This document shows, piece by piece, positions 26,006 to 39,581 of a stretch of 64,000 nt of DNA (position 1 is the stretch's first letter; the number at the start of each line of letters is the position of its first letter). Both the position numbers and the translations under genes were made by a program. The notes below the pieces were generated by a model that was given only the letters and a program-made list of their open reading frames with translations, had not been told where the DNA came from and searched no databases. The stretch lies in contig NC_045707.1 in assembly GCF_009834535.1 (NCBI RefSeq), positions 47,432,001 to 47,496,000 of the forward strand, written 5' to 3'. Origin of the DNA: Camelus ferus (Eukaryota).

Positions 26006-27559
26006 CTATACATTGGTGATTATAAATTGATGGCTTTGTTGTCCAGAACTTTGTGGGAGATGGACATTCAAATCTCCATACCCAGATAAAAGTCATCCCA
26101 GAGAATGGAACACTATTTCATATGCAAGCATTTAGAGAAATGAATGGTAAACAGTAGAATCTACTCTGACCAAGTGTGCTAAGCTAAAATTATTTCTTTT
26201 TTGATAAAATTAGTGGATAGTAAATTACATATCAGAGAAAGTCATGGAAATATTTGATTTCAGCAAATGTCAGATAAATCTGCTTATAATGTCTTGGTCC
26301 ACAAAATGGGAAAATATTGGGGAAAGATGCAGATGTTGAATAAAGACAGGATGCTAGAGGAAAACAAGGCTGGTCGATTGGCAGGTCACTGCATTTTAAC
26401 AGTACTGTGACAAATAGCAAGTAGATGATGGTATAGGCAAGCAATCAGCATGGGGATGGCTGACAAGTGTTTAATACAAACAGTGGGACATACTAAAAGA
26501 TGGAAAGTGTGCTGGGAATAGGGTGCAAATGATCATTAGAAACCTAGGGAGGCAAGAGTTGGCACCACAGGAAAATTGACAGGTTGCAGGTTTCCAGTTC
26601 TTGTGCTGGATTTCAGGAGGAAAAAATTCTTGTGTGGAGACGTAGGGGAAGTAAATGAAAAGAACTCAAGTTTAACTATTTTTAAAAAATGGAAATGTGC
26701 TAATCATAGGATAATAGGGATTAAAAAGCAACTCATCAAAACAGTAACTTAAGAATAGGCCACATGGTAGAAGCCTAGTTGTTACACTTTGGATGAAAGC
26801 CAATACTATACTAAGAGGAAACATGATCCAACTTTGAGCTCTAGAGTTTTAGTTTAGAGACCTTCAAATTCCTAGGATTGTTCCTAGACACGGAGGGAGG
26901 CCAAGCCCATAGCTGGAATTCTCTATGGCTGTGGCTATAGAAAGAGTAGATATACAAAGGGAGGGAATCAGGAAGGGCCTTACCCAAACACTGTTGATTA
27001 GTTAATGGATCCATATCAGCTTTGTGGAAACTCTTAATTATTTGTCTGAGAACTTTGTCCATGGCCCTGGCCTATTCAAATATTTTTATTATGAACCTGA
27101 ATGAAAACAAAGAAGATATGAAAATCATATTTGTGGACAATACAAAGTTGGAAAAAACTGCTAATATGTTGAACTCAATAATCAAAAAGTTGAGTGTAGT
27201 TGAACCTGCATCTGGTTAGTAGCTGTTAATGTGGCTCAATTTTACAATAAAATATGAAGATAAAAAATTCTTGAAAGCTCACAATGCAATATATTGGGAC
27301 CATGTCCAAGGACTGGCTCATTGTGAGAAACTTGGAGGAATTTCCATGAAGTACAAGACTCAGAGAAAATAACTGAAGGGGATAGGTGGTAGATCCCATG
27401 TGCTCATGTGGGGAAACATCCTGCTGGAAAGTAAGGTTAGTCTCTCCTCTGCTTCTGTCTTGGAATCAGAAGCCTAAGTCAGTTCCATCCAGAAACATAG
27501 TCCATTGCAGGTTTTTGCTCCCTGTGTGTGTGTGTACGTGTGTGTGTGTTAGAGTGTAA

Positions 27560-28780
27560 CTTTTAACCTGTCCCTATGGTGAGTCAGTTTTCTCCACACC
27601 ATCTACCAAACAGTTTATCTTTTCTCTACTAATTTCTGATGCCACCTCTTTCATGAATGAAGATCTTGAGGTCTGTTTCTGGACTCTATGTTCTATTGTC
27701 CTATTGTTTACTGTCTGTTCCTATTGCCACTACCAAATTGTGTTTTTTAGTTACCTTAGTTTTGTAATATGTTTTAATATATGGTAGGGGAATATCCTTT
27801 CCCCCCACTTGGCTCTTTTTTTCTGGAAAAAAAGGAACTTTAATTGTTTTCATGTAAATTAAGCAAACACCCCCAACCCCCCAAATTTTACTGAAATTTT
27901 GCTGTGAATGATATTAAAATTGTAGAGTAGTTTGGAGAGAATTACAATCGTTATCATGGTTAGATTTCTCCACATGAGCATGTCTTATATTTCCATTTAT
28001 TCTTAACTGCTTCAGTGCTATGATATCAAAGTGTGGTCCATGGACCAGCTGCATGAGCCTCACCTGGGAGGTTTTGAAATGCCAACTCTTAGACACCCCC
28101 CCCCCAAAAAAAAAACTACTGGATCAGAATCTGCTAGTTAAACAAGATCCCCAGGTGATTTGTATGTAATTAAAGTTAGAAAAATACTAGGTTAGTAAAA
28201 TTTTAAAGATTTCTCCGAGAGATTTTGTGCATATCTGTTAGGTTGATTCCTAGGTTAATACATCAACAGTTCTAGTTTTTCTGTTGAATCTCTTCTGAGT
28301 TTTCTGCAAACATTTATATCATCTGAAAATAACCATAGCTGAGCCTCTTGACTCTCTTTTCCTTCCCATCTTTACACTTATTTCCTTCTCTTGATTTATT
28401 TTAGTGGCCAAAGCTTCCAATATCACATGGAAATTAAGGGTGAGAAAAGGCACCTGAGTTTTAGTCTCAACCTTAAAAGAAATACTTCTAATATTTCTTC
28501 AGTAAATATTAAATTTGCTGCTGAGTTTTAGTAAATGCCCTTATCAAGTTATGGGACTTCTTCTCTACTCTTTGTTTTCTAAACATCTTTTTCAAAAGTT
28601 CAGAATAGATTTAAACTTTATTTTCTGCAGATATAGGAGAAAATCATGTGATTTTTGTCCTTTGGTCCATTAATATGAATTACACTGCCATAATTTCTGT
28701 CTTTGAACCATCTTTACATTCCTGGGATAAATCATATACTGTTATAATTTACCCTCAACACTCTCTTGTATTAGATAATA
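27560..28780 (-). mobile_element. Old L1ME-like fragment, interrupted by MER5
   Basis: Antisense ORF2 motifs (GTCTGTTTCTGGACTCTAT, TTGAACCATCTTTACATTCCTGGGATAAA). Confidence 0.75.
28013..28190. mobile_element. MER5A/B hAT element
   Basis: TCAAAGTGTGGTCCATGGACCAGC...TCAGAATCTGC...AACAAGATCCCCAGGTGATT. Confidence 0.85.
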
Positions 28781-31232
28781 TAGAATAAAGCATGTAGCTC
28801 TTCATATTAATTAAATTAAAGGGGTTAAAGTGCAACTGTAGCTAATTTTGCTGAAAAAATAATTTGTTCTTATTCTCTGCCTCTTTAATCAAAAGAACTT
28901 GGACCAAGGCAGACACATAAAACTTCCCAGGGAGATAAATTACTCTTGTTGTGACCTCAATAAAATTTGGAAGAAAAGAATGAATATAATTGTTCTGTTT
29001 TCCCCATGGTTTTTAGTTCAATAACCTAGATAAACTTGGAAGTTGATTCATAGAGATGAATGTCCCCACATGTAGCTATTTTCATGGTATGACAGGGCAG
29101 TTGCCTTGTGGTCAAGCTCCTCCTTTGCTCTTGTATCAAAAGATGGTGCTCTTAACTTTAATTGCCATCTCTGTGTAGGTGTGGCACAGAAGACTCAAGA
29201 CACAACCATTTCATGTACCATTCCTACCAGATCTCTCTATGGCTAAAGCTTCTCATTAATAAAGCCCAGTGTGGCTTACAGTTAAGCATAGAGTGAATTG
29301 AGGCCTCCACACCAAAAGCCACACCATTGCTGATGTGTAAATATTAGGCCAGGATTGTCCATTCTCTTGATGCAAAACAGCTGAGCAAGGTCCTTGACAG
29401 TCCAGCATCTGTAGGGTCTTCACTGTTGGCTGATTATAACAATGCTGCTCCTCTCTTCCCAGTTGATAAGTGTCTGCTTTGAGCAGGGATTCCTAATCTT
29501 TCAAGAATCTACTGAAAGCTCTTTCCAGAAAAATGAAAAAATAAATGAAGCACATTATTTCCAAAAGTTCATAACCATGGTTTCAAAGCCATAATCTGAG
29601 TAGGGGTCTGTGGGCTATAATTTAAAACCCTTCAGGTAGACTGAGGATAGAAAAAAAGCTGGAAGCACCAGAGTGGGGTTGACTTTTGGTTTCAGAAGAG
29701 CCACTCAAATGATATGCTCATTTTCTTAACAGTTTCAGTTTTATAGGTGAATAGTTCAGCTAAACTGAACAGCAGCTTGCCACAGCTTGTGTATTTGTGA
29801 CTTGGTAGGGTGCAAGGACTGCAGAGTTGCACAGAATCTGACCAGGCATCAAAACAGCAAAATTTAAATAAAACATTCTTACTGATGGAAAAAAGAATCT
29901 TACCAGTTTTTCAGGCACTTTGAAGAACAGTGCTAACAACCAAAAAAACCCATCACTCTTTGCAGATTTACTTTTGTACAAGCTTCTAGATAATAGTCAT
30001 CATGGATTACTTCTGGAAGATGGAACAAAGACTGTGGATGACACTCAGAGCCTTCCCAGAACTGATTCTAGCACCAGTTTTCTAGTCATTTGTCATATCC
30101 TGGGTTATAGCCATCTTCATTCATCTAGTGACTCACAGAGTCATTCATTTATTAAATATTTAATTAGTATCACCAGAGAGCCAACCAAGCCATAGATCCA
30201 AGCCTATTAATGGTGAATTTTTAACTTCTTCTTTGCCAGGGAGTATACAGTGAAAAAAAATACCCTTTGGGGTAAAAATAGGCTAAAGAGAAAGGAAGAT
30301 TATTTTCATTGAACTGCCACAGCATGAGTCTTCATTCAGAAAAGTAGGCAAGTACTGCAGCAGAGCAGGGCATGGAAGAAAAGTAGGATGAAAGATCTGC
30401 AATTCATTTTTTATGTCTGGCATGTGTTGATGTAGAAAGAACAAAATAACAGTATTGTAGTGATTTTACACCTAATCCTAATCTTAGATTTTAGATATTG
30501 AACACTTGTGTCAATCTTAAATAAAGCCAAAAAATATACCAAGGGAGAAACGCACATTCTTAAGTTTTTGGAGAAATACTAGAAGTGCTAAAACATATGC
30601 CCTCAATTAGATTTTTATAAATCAAATTGCACTTTAATCAAATCCATTTGTTGTTCCAAAGATCTGAAATAATTAAAACCACGGAATAAGATATCCTACT
30701 ATTTATAACCGAATGATTTATACTTCTAATTAACTTCAGAACATGTAGCTGTTTTATTTGGGCTCTGAAGAGTTTCCCCACCCTGGATCCAGAATAAAAG
30801 CACTGCTAGAAACCACCGTTGACTACATAATAGAAAATGCAGCAAGGTACAAATCTGACTTTTACTTTGATTTAGTCTTGGTTTGTATGTCTTTTTTTAA
30901 ATAAAAATCACATATAATTTTTGAATTGAGTTTTTTTTTTTTAATTTTGGAAAACTATTAGTAAAAACTTTTTCAAGACCAAAGTATGAAGGAATTTTGG
31001 AAAGGAATGACTTTTTCTCCTGCTCTGGAACCTTCAAGAATCTAAAATTGAGATACTGTAGCCTCAATTAAGCTATTAATTCTACCAGTTTTTAAAATTT
31101 AATACTATTTTTGTTGAATTTCTGCAGTACCATGGAAAATACTGACAAAAATAGTTTTTATATAAGAAAGAAGGGGGGTGGAGATTAGAAATGAAGTTTA
31201 CATTAGAACAATACCACGTGTCATTCTCTTAG

Positions 31233-32085
31233 ACCTGCCCTGTTCAATACTGTAGCCACTAGCCATATGTGGCTATTGAGCACTTGAAAGGTAGTATCAG
31301 GAAGGAAAAACGTTCTCTACCCTTTTAAATTCAGGACCTGGGGACCTGTAAAATAAACTGACAGAAGAGAGATTAACAGGAGAAAAGTCACACAAGTTTT
31401 ACAGCTATTGATATGCATAGGAGTTCACAGAAGGGAAGTGAAGTTCAAAGAAGTGGTTAGATTTAGGGGCTTATATACCATTTAAACAAAGGAAAGGGAG
31501 TTAGGATTTCAAGGAATTATAAATCATGGGGAAATGCCTAGGGAATATATTGGGGAACTAATGGAAGATAAGAGTTATCTAGTAAGGCTTGCAGATGCAA
31601 ATTCATCTCCATGTCTCCAGCGATAAAATTTGCTCTTCCCTTCCTGATGCAGGGAGTGGGGCACCTTTACAAAGGGAAGTGTATGCTCTGCTTTTAGGCA
31701 GATAATGGGAGGGCAGAGAATTCTTTCTGCATCAGTTGATACTCAGTTGCTTTCATCCTTACGCCAGAGTGGCATATTTGGGGTGGCATATCTTGACCCC
31801 CTTCAGTAAGATTAGGAAGTCAGTAGGAAGTCTAGATTGAGATGTGCCCAAAGAGTAAAATACATTCCAGATTTTGAAGACTTAGTATAAAGAAAAAAAT
31901 GTAAAATAACTCATTAATAATTTTTATATTGATTACCAGCTTAAATGATAATATTTTTGATATACTGGGCTAAATTAAACATATTGTTAAATTAATTTCA
32001 TCTGTTTCATTCTCTCTTTTTTAATGTGTCTACTGCAACTTTTACAGTGGCATGTGGCTTGCATTATATTACTGTGAGACAGTGA
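31233..32085. mobile_element. MER33-like hAT element split by an LTR insertion
   Basis: CTGTTCAATACTGTAGCCACTAGCCATATGTGGCTATTGAGCACTTGAAA, then after the LTR TTGAGATGTG...GAAGACTTAGTA...ATGTGGCTTGCATTATATT. Confidence 0.85.
31295..31805 (-). mobile_element. ERV1 solo LTR (MER34-like)
   Basis: The minus strand begins TGAAGGGGGTCAAGATATGCCACCCCAAATATGCCAC, a MER34-family start. Near-TSD GTAG/GTAA. Confidence 0.85.
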
Positions 32086-33140
32086 GTGCTGTCCTGAACA
32101 TTAAATGAATGACTCAAGTTGAGGGTGTATTTGGTTTTTAATAGAGTGGCCTTCGTTGCCAGATGCACAGCAGATGTTAGCTAATTTACTAGAATGACAA
32201 CAATTTAAACTCAAAAGTGACTTAAACAATGGGAAGACCTCCTGGGATGCTCAAAACAGTGGAAGGCATTTGTGTTGTTCTGTTTGTTGTTTTAAACTTT
32301 CAATGATACGTGGGTAGTCTATTTGGGGTGACACATTTCATGTCCACTTCAAAAGCAGCCCTCGAGTTCTTTAGACTGTAAGACAAAGGCAATAAATCTG
32401 AGTTGAATGGTGGGGATGAGATCAAGTTAAACAGAAAGGAGGATCTGATGTAATGAAACGTTAAATGAAGGGCATTCCCTGGTGGCCTGCATCCCTACAG
32501 AGAATGTGATCATCTATACAAATGTAATGTGGCAAATATCACCTCCCAGATTACATCACCCTGAGATACAGTGAGGGTCCAAGATAATAGTAATCAAAAG
32601 AAAAAATATTATTTCACACAAGCCCCCATCAACTGATTCCTGGAACTTTTCTGAGTCATTTTCTTATTTGTTTTTTCCTACTAATGTCCTTTTTTTTTTT
32701 TTTTTTTTTTGAGTCTTTCCTGATGGCTCATGATGGCTGTGGGGATGGCTATGAGTAAAATCCAAGGGGTCTTCTGGTCCTACATGTTCTATTGGCTCCC
32801 CAATCCTGAAATGGCTCCCAATTTTTTTTAAGGATATTTTGGGGCCCACATCTGTGACCTACCAGGTCTGCACCTGCTCCCTTGGTGTTAGTGGAAATGA
32901 TGCTACTCCTCCCAGTGGCTACCTTCAGCCAACCAGGCCAGCCTCTGTGTGCCCAGAGCCAGCAGGCCTGAGCCTCTATGACAGCTCACCCTTCTCCACA
33001 GGAAACCAGGAACTTCCTAGCTTCTCTCTGTCCCTCCTTCCTGTGAGGAGAGTCGACCTTGGACTTAAGTAGCTTGGGCCTTGGCGACAGGCCTGATCTC
33101 ATTCTCATCCTTTGTCCACCTTGTACTTGTGTTTGGACAA

Positions 33141-33703
33141 TGTTGAATTTTACCTGAAGGTTGAGAAAGACCCTCGCCATTTCGTGTTCTGGAAAATGGC
33201 TTACTGCAGGAAACCACCCCTCCCCGTATGACTTAGATAAGACTCAAAAGGCCCCCTTGCCTATGACAAGGAAAGATACAGACACCAAATTCCCAGTGTC
33301 TGCCACAGAAGTGATTAGTTGAACAGCCTGTCCCCACTGATCAGTCGGGACAAAGTGTCTGTCAACTAAACTTTCTCTCCTAATACCAGGTCCCTGAAAC
33401 TTGGCCCGCCCTCCACAGAAGCCCACCTGCAGCCCTCCCTTGGGAGTCCTCCTTCAAACAGGCTGGCCTCAGGGTTAAACTTCTTGGCCCCACTTTCATC
33501 CCACTTGCCCACACTCAGCTCTTGTTTACCCCTCTCCCTGTAAAAGGAAAACCCTTTCTACGAACTCTGGGAACACGTGCAGACCTTGTGGTCAAAGCTT
33601 TTCCCCTATTGCCAAAGGCTCTTTCTCCCCTTTGCAATAATCCTTTTGAATACAGTCTTTTCCTACTAAATCCAGATTTGATTTTTATTTGGTGATTTTT
33701 ACA
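33141..33703 (+). mobile_element. ERV1 solo LTR (MER31/MER67-like)
   Basis: TG...CA termini. ACCACCCCTCCCCGTATGACTTAGATAAGACTC and CCCTATTGC...AATACAGTCTT motifs. Confidence 0.75.
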
Positions 33704-35286
33704 GTCAGAGGGAAGGATACCTTAGAGGAGCCCCAGCCCCAAGTTTCACTCCCTTCAGAAACCTGTGCTTACTTGCTTTAGTATGCGGTAAACCCTGATG
33801 TTGAATCAGTGTACTGTGATTTTTTTTTTGAAGGATTTTGCTATGTTTGCATATGTGAAAAAGGACTTCATATATGTAACCCATCAGCAGCAGTGTCAGT
33901 ATCTAAGAATCATGTAGTCAGGAAGTCGTAGCTCTGGGAAACACATGCCTCTCTGAGTGTCACCTCCAGCTGTGCAGCTGGGTGGTATCACCTTCCTGAG
34001 CCTTATTTTCACCCCACTAGCAGGTGTTGCTGAGTGGCAGTCCCTGGGCCAGGTTCTGCTCCAGATTTCCTTTATGTGGTTCACACAGTATTGAAAACAT
34101 TTCTTTCAATTAGCACCCTTTTTCAAAAATCAGGAGATTTCACATAAATCTACTGGCTTCTCTTGAAAAAATAGGACCCAGAAACATTTTGCACCTCCCC
34201 ATGGAGAACAAGTCCTCATAACTGGCATGCTTTGCTCATTGACGTGACTGTCTGGCACGTGGCCTTACCCTGTTAACCCTGACCATGGCACGGAGCGAAC
34301 GGTACGTTCATCATTTCGTTGTTTTGAGGTCAAGATAAAGTGCAAAGGGGCTCCCAGTAAGACCAGTAAGACCTCTAAGACCTCAATAATTGTTACTTCT
34401 CCATCCTCACTTGCTGGTGTTTAGGTTTGTGGCTTATGTTGACTTTTGAGCATTTAAGTAGATTTTCTACTTTGAATACATGGCTAATGGTTAAAAATAA
34501 CAACAGAAGAAAGGTTAGAAGTGCATCTGAGATGAAGCAAATCCTTAGGGAAAAAGAAGCTGACTTCAGAATCTTGAAAACATGTTGGAAAGATAAACAT
34601 TTTTTAAGATTAAAACATTAGACTGTAGCTATGTCTTCCAAATAAATCATTTAATTGATGTGATAGTTCATAGGGAAAATAGATGTTTTCCCTACACTGT
34701 GACAAAACCCCTGATTTGATTGATTTTACAATTAAATCAAGGGAGGTGGCTGATTGTTTTTGCGAGCAATTCCTTGCCCTTTATTGATTTGTTTTAAAGT
34801 TTAGCCATTGAACATTTATAGTAAAGTGATCACCCCACCTTGAACTGACAAAAGCAAGGACAGTCACCAATTGAAAGCACCATATGTAATAAGCTGTGTT
34901 ACAGCTCTTACAGATTTTTTAGTCCAAATTTCCTTGAAAATTCGTATCTGATCATTGCAATATGAAGGCTAGAGTACTAACATTATGAGTCTCTGCCTTG
35001 AGGTTCACTTTGGACTATCAAAGCTGTCTCAACTGTTGCTCATTCCAAGAGGGCTCAAAAGTTTTCACAGAGAACTCACATGCTGACTCCATTTCCTCTC
35101 CTGAAGCTTTCTTAGCAGATCCAAACCTTGAAGAGGCTTCTCCCTCTTATGAGGCTCCCTCTTCGTTCCCACTGAGCCTACAGTGACCAAGTACATAATT
35201 CAAAACTGTCAAGTGGTTTTTCCTCCCTCCCAGTCCTTGCGGAGCCCTGAAACCCAGGTCAAGAATGATGTGTTCAGTTAAACAGC

Positions 35287-35303
35287 GGGGGGGGGGGGGG
35301 GGG
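35287..35303 (+). repeat. G17 homopolymer
   Basis: Direct reading. Confidence 0.9.
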
Positions 35304-36049
35304 AACACACCCACAGGCATCTCACACCATGTCTGAAAGTCCTCATTTCCCAGCATGAGGTGTGGGGTGGAATCTGGCAGAGGTCTGCCAACCCCTCCTC
35401 CAAGACGTGCAATTTCTCCCAACCTCGGGCCTCTCTTTCACAATATGCCTAATATTCCCTCCCTCTGGATGCTTCTCTTAGCCTGGCTTCTCTTTGCATT
35501 TGAAAAATGAAGCTACTTCTTTTCTCTAGGGGAGGTCTTTGAATGCTTCTCACATTTTCACAGATTGCTTTTTTTTGTTTTCTTAAACTTTCATTTTGAA
35601 GCAAAATGTGGCAAATTTAAACATTTCATTAGTTGTTACTGGCTGCTTCCCAGTTTGCTTGGTAAACTCTTTCCAGGACCCAGTGAAAGCTTAGTCACTC
35701 ATGTTAGCTTTTCGAAGTGAACTAGCACCCTCTGTAGGCCAACCTTTTTATAAGTATGAGAAACCACATCTCAATGTGGAGTGTTAAGTTTCTAATGCCA
35801 GCACCTAAGGCAAAAAAAATTACATCTGTCAAAATTATCTGTGAAAATCCCTGAAATGATCAGGCAGCATAAAAGCCATGAATTAGCTTCTTTTGTTTCT
35901 CTTTTACTGTGCTGGTTGCCTGCCTTTGTCTGGAGCAGTGGAACTTCGATGGGGGAAGGAAGGTTAGATTAAATAAAGAAATAGTCTCTTTCTCAACTTC
36001 TCTTTTTTATCCCTCCTCCCCACCACTTACTTGAGAAGCTCATATAGTA

Positions 36050-36310
36050 TATTCATTTAACAATATTTATTGACCGTCTGCTGGGTGTTGACCATCATTA
36101 TAGGGTCTAACACATAGAGACTCTTGGAGCTTGCATTCTGAGAGGTAAGTCTAGATTTTGAAAAGAGATGCTCTTTTCAGAGAGTGATAAGTGCTCTGAG
36201 GTTAATAAAACAGGCACATGGCTTAGAAAGTGACAGGGGACAGCCTGTTTTAAATATTCATGGCAAGCCTCCAGAAGGTGACTCTGAGCAGAGGCTTGAA
36301 TGAAGAGACC
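36050..36310 (-). mobile_element. L2 fragment
   Basis: ATTCATTTAACAATATTTATTGA...GTGATAAGTGCTCTGAG...AAGGTGACTCTGAGCAGAGGCTTGAATGA. Confidence 0.7.
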
Positions 36311-37254
36311 GGTGTATCAACTTGATGACTGTTACAAACTGTGGAGAGAGGAGTTAATGAAATTATTCCTCAAGCATTTTAGCTACTTTGTCTCTGAACT
36401 CAGCAGTTTGAGTTGTTTGTTGATTGGTTATCTTCTTCAGGTTTGTTGTACAGCTTTTCATTTAGCTTAACACATCATTGGTAACCATAAACAGATTATT
36501 CTTATTTATTTAGAGTTATAGATGAAAACAATCCTGAACTGTTCTTATCTGCAGGAAGTGAGGCATGGGAGTTAAGTAACAGGATGAGCATGCCATTTCA
36601 GGGTACACATGCTATTTCAGCCTTCGGGGTGAAATGGCAAGTCTGCCATCAATATTTGTCCCCCATCCTGGGAGCACTTCCTCAGGGTAATGTCCTGCCT
36701 TTGCCATTCTCTGAGGAGTCTTTACTAGGACAGGGTAACAACATTGTTCTGGCCTTGAAGAACCTGGGGAATAGGAAAAGTAGCAACCTACTGATGGTGA
36801 TCTTTTGTAGGTCGGTTCCAAACTCCCTCTCCAACAGTGAACTTCCCAGCAGAATGAGAATGAAGCTCCAATCCCAAGAAATGGCAAAAAGGAGAGAAAG
36901 TGTTACAGAGGAGAGGTGGAAGTAAAACCATCAAGCCTGGAAGGAACCAGGATACCATTTCTTTCATTCATTCCTTCATTCATCAAATATCTACTGGACA
37001 CTTGCAGTATGCTAGGCACTGTGATATTACTGGGAATATTATAGTGAGCAAGACTGAGTCCTGAATTCAAGGTTCAGGAACAGTCCATGCAAAACATCGT
37101 CAAGTCCATCAAGAGGTCTTCTGTGATGCTACAATTCTCAATCCCACATTCCCTGTCCATAAGGCTGCTGTTAGACTGCCCGGGGCTCTCTTAGTTTGGG
37201 GAAGTATCTTGCCTTAGACACCTCTTTATATTCCACTTTCTTCCACCAAACATT

Positions 37255-37970
37255 GGCAGAGAGAGCTGAGTGTAATGATTGACAGCATGGGCTTTGGAAT
37301 CCAAGGCTCTTGGATTCAACTTCTGATTTTACCACTTCCTGAATACCTGACAAAGCTTTCTGTGCCTTAGTGATCTCATCTCAACAACGGGAATTAAAAA
37401 CCACATCTTCAAAGGATTTCTATGCAGACTAAATGAGATAATTATATACAATGCTAAGCCAACTTTTTGTCCCAGAGTGAGCGTAGTAAGCTTAATAATG
37501 ACCCCCAAAGATATCCAGGTCTTAATTCTTTAACTTGTGAGAGTTACCTTACATGGCAAAAGCATTCTGCAGATGTGATAATCTCTCCTTGAAATGGGGA
37601 GGTTGTCTCAGATTATCTAGATGGGTCCTAAATGTAACCATAACTATCCCTATATGGGGGAGACAGAGGGAAATCTGACTACAGAGGGGTCAGATTGAAG
37701 GCAATGTGATGATGGAAGCATTTTTTTGGAGAACTTGCTGTAGTCTATGTATTAAGTGCTTTATTCTAAGTGCTCTACATAAATTAAGCCATTTAATCCT
37801 TACAACAACCCTGAGTTATTATTATCTCCTTCTTAACATATGAAGACACTGGGACACAGAGAAGTTAAGTAGTTTGCCCAAGATTACTCAGCTACAACCT
37901 GGATTGAGCTGGGATATGACCACAAGCAGTCTAGTCCCTAAATCTCTATTCCTAAGCTCTCTGTCTACTG
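37255..37970. mobile_element. Cluster of MIR (about 37255-37490), MLT1 fragment (about 37495-37720) and MIR (about 37740-37970)
   Basis: MIR cores flank CCCCAAAGATATCCAGGTCTTAAT...GTTACCTTACATGGCAAAAG, an MLT1B/D-like start. Confidence 0.7.
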
Positions 37971-38766
37971 CTTCCTACATGTTGTATGTTGAGCTATGCT
38001 ATGTGGATCCCATAAAAGAAGATTAAGGTGTTGCCACTGTCCAGTCTTAACCCCACTAAAGGACCTTGGTGATATTGCTAGTCCCATGACAGTGGAATAA
38101 AACACTGTTTCAAGGAGAAGCTAGACATAACAACAGGGAAGTTATGGGGGACCAAGTGTAGAGTGGGAGGATTGAGAAATAAAACATTTGGCAGATCAAA
38201 CTGTTCTCTTCAAGGGCTTGCTTCCATAATCAGAATTGCTCACTATAGTCATGAGGCAAAATGATTGACCGATGCCCAAAAAGAAATGATTTTTGGAAAA
38301 ACATGATGATAGATGTCGTGTGTTAAGTGATCAATAAATGGTTAATGAAGAAATTTAAAAAGCAATTGGGGTTAGAAATAGTATCTGAATTATGCCATGC
38401 CATGGGTCACAATTTCTTCAGGATCCTTTGAAATTGCTTTTGAATGATCAAGTGAGACGTTGCAGTGGGTTGAAATTATGTATGACCAGAGCAAAAACCT
38501 CCCTGTGAGATTCTTCAAGGCCTTAACTATGTCTTTAAAGTGTTTTGGGTTTCAGGGTTTTTTTTTTTCCCCATACTTGAAAACCCATAGTGTGAGATAC
38601 TATTCTTTGTTGAGTTCCTATCTTCCTTGGTGACAACTATATTCCAAACTACCTAGCTTGGGTCAATTTGGTAATTGATTGCTATTAATGAATAATAAAT
38701 TTCATATTATGGAATAAGCTGTGGCTTGCCACTTAATTACCTGAATTCATATCCATCTACATCTTG

Positions 38767-38798
38767 TCTATCTATCTGTCTGTCTGTCTATCTATCTA
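38767..38798. repeat. Compound (TCTA/TCTG)n tetranucleotide repeat
   Basis: Direct reading. Confidence 0.85.
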
Positions 38799-39189
38799 CA
38801 AGTCCTCAGCTCTGCTAAGAAGTGGCTTGTGTTCCTGATTTGGATGTTCTGGTTTTCTGGAGGCCTTCCATGAGCATATTTGTTCCGTATTTGTATTTTC
38901 AGGAGCATAACTGAACCTAAAATTCTGATTTTATAGATTAAAAGCCTTGATAATTTGTAAGTAGACCATTTTGAATATAATTTATGAACGTATGAGAAAT
39001 ATGAATTGGATCATCACCATGCCAAATTGGCATACCTTTTCATGAGAAAAACTAAACCTACATTAGTCACAACTGATTATCTCTTATAGACTAGAAAGGC
39101 AATTTCAGTGGTAGCGAGAATAAAGTATCCCCATCAAGCCATCTGATAATGGCTTTACAGGTCGTTTTTCTTTGCAATCCACCTAAATG

Positions 39190-39373
39190 TGGGATTTCCA
39201 GATAGAATACAGGACACCTAGTTAAATCTGAATTTCAAATAATCAACACAATTTTTTAGTATATGTTCCATGCAATATTTGGAACATATTTACATTAAAA
39301 TTTTGTTGTTGCTTATCTGAAATCCACATTTAACTGGACATCCTGTATTTGTAATTGCTAATCTGACAACCCT
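39190..39373. mobile_element. MER53 palindromic hAT element
   Basis: CAGATAGAATACAGGACACCTAGTTAAATCTGAATTTC...TGCAATATTTG...TTAACTGGACATCCTGTATTT...TCTGACAACCCT; long internal inverted repeat. Confidence 0.9.
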
Positions 39374-39375
39374 AC

Positions 39376-39475
39376 TTTTTTTTTTTTAAATATAGGTACT
39401 GGGGATTGAACCCAGGACCTTGTGCAACTTCATGCATGCTAAGCATGCACTCTACCACTGAGCTATACCCACTCA
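39376..39475 (-). mobile_element. tRNA-derived SINE (Vic-1-like)
   Basis: The reverse complement reads GGGTATAGCTCAGTGGTAGAGTGCATGCTTAGC...GGTTCAATCCCCAGTACC followed by polyA. Confidence 0.9.
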
Positions 39476-39508
39476 CACCAGGCAACCTTTAAAAAAACTC
39501 AGTCTAGA

Positions 39509-39581
39509 AGAGAGAGTATAGCCAATGCTTAGCATACACAAGGTCCAGGGTTCAATCCCCATTACCTATATTTTTAAAAAA
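39509..39581 (+). mobile_element. tRNA-derived SINE with A-box deletion
   Basis: GTATAGC[deletion]ATGCTTAGCATACACAAGGTCCAGGGTTCAATCCCC followed by polyA. TSD AAAAAAACT(C/T)AGTCTA at 39491-39506 and 39582-39597. Confidence 0.85.

Noticed and set aside
34355..34384. 9-bp tandem repeat (CAGTAAGAC twice plus a variant)
   Set aside because: An ordinary slippage duplication, not a spacer-repeat array.
36584..36925. 113-aa ATG ORF
   Set aside because: No recognisable homology or splice context; the length is compatible with chance in 64 kb.
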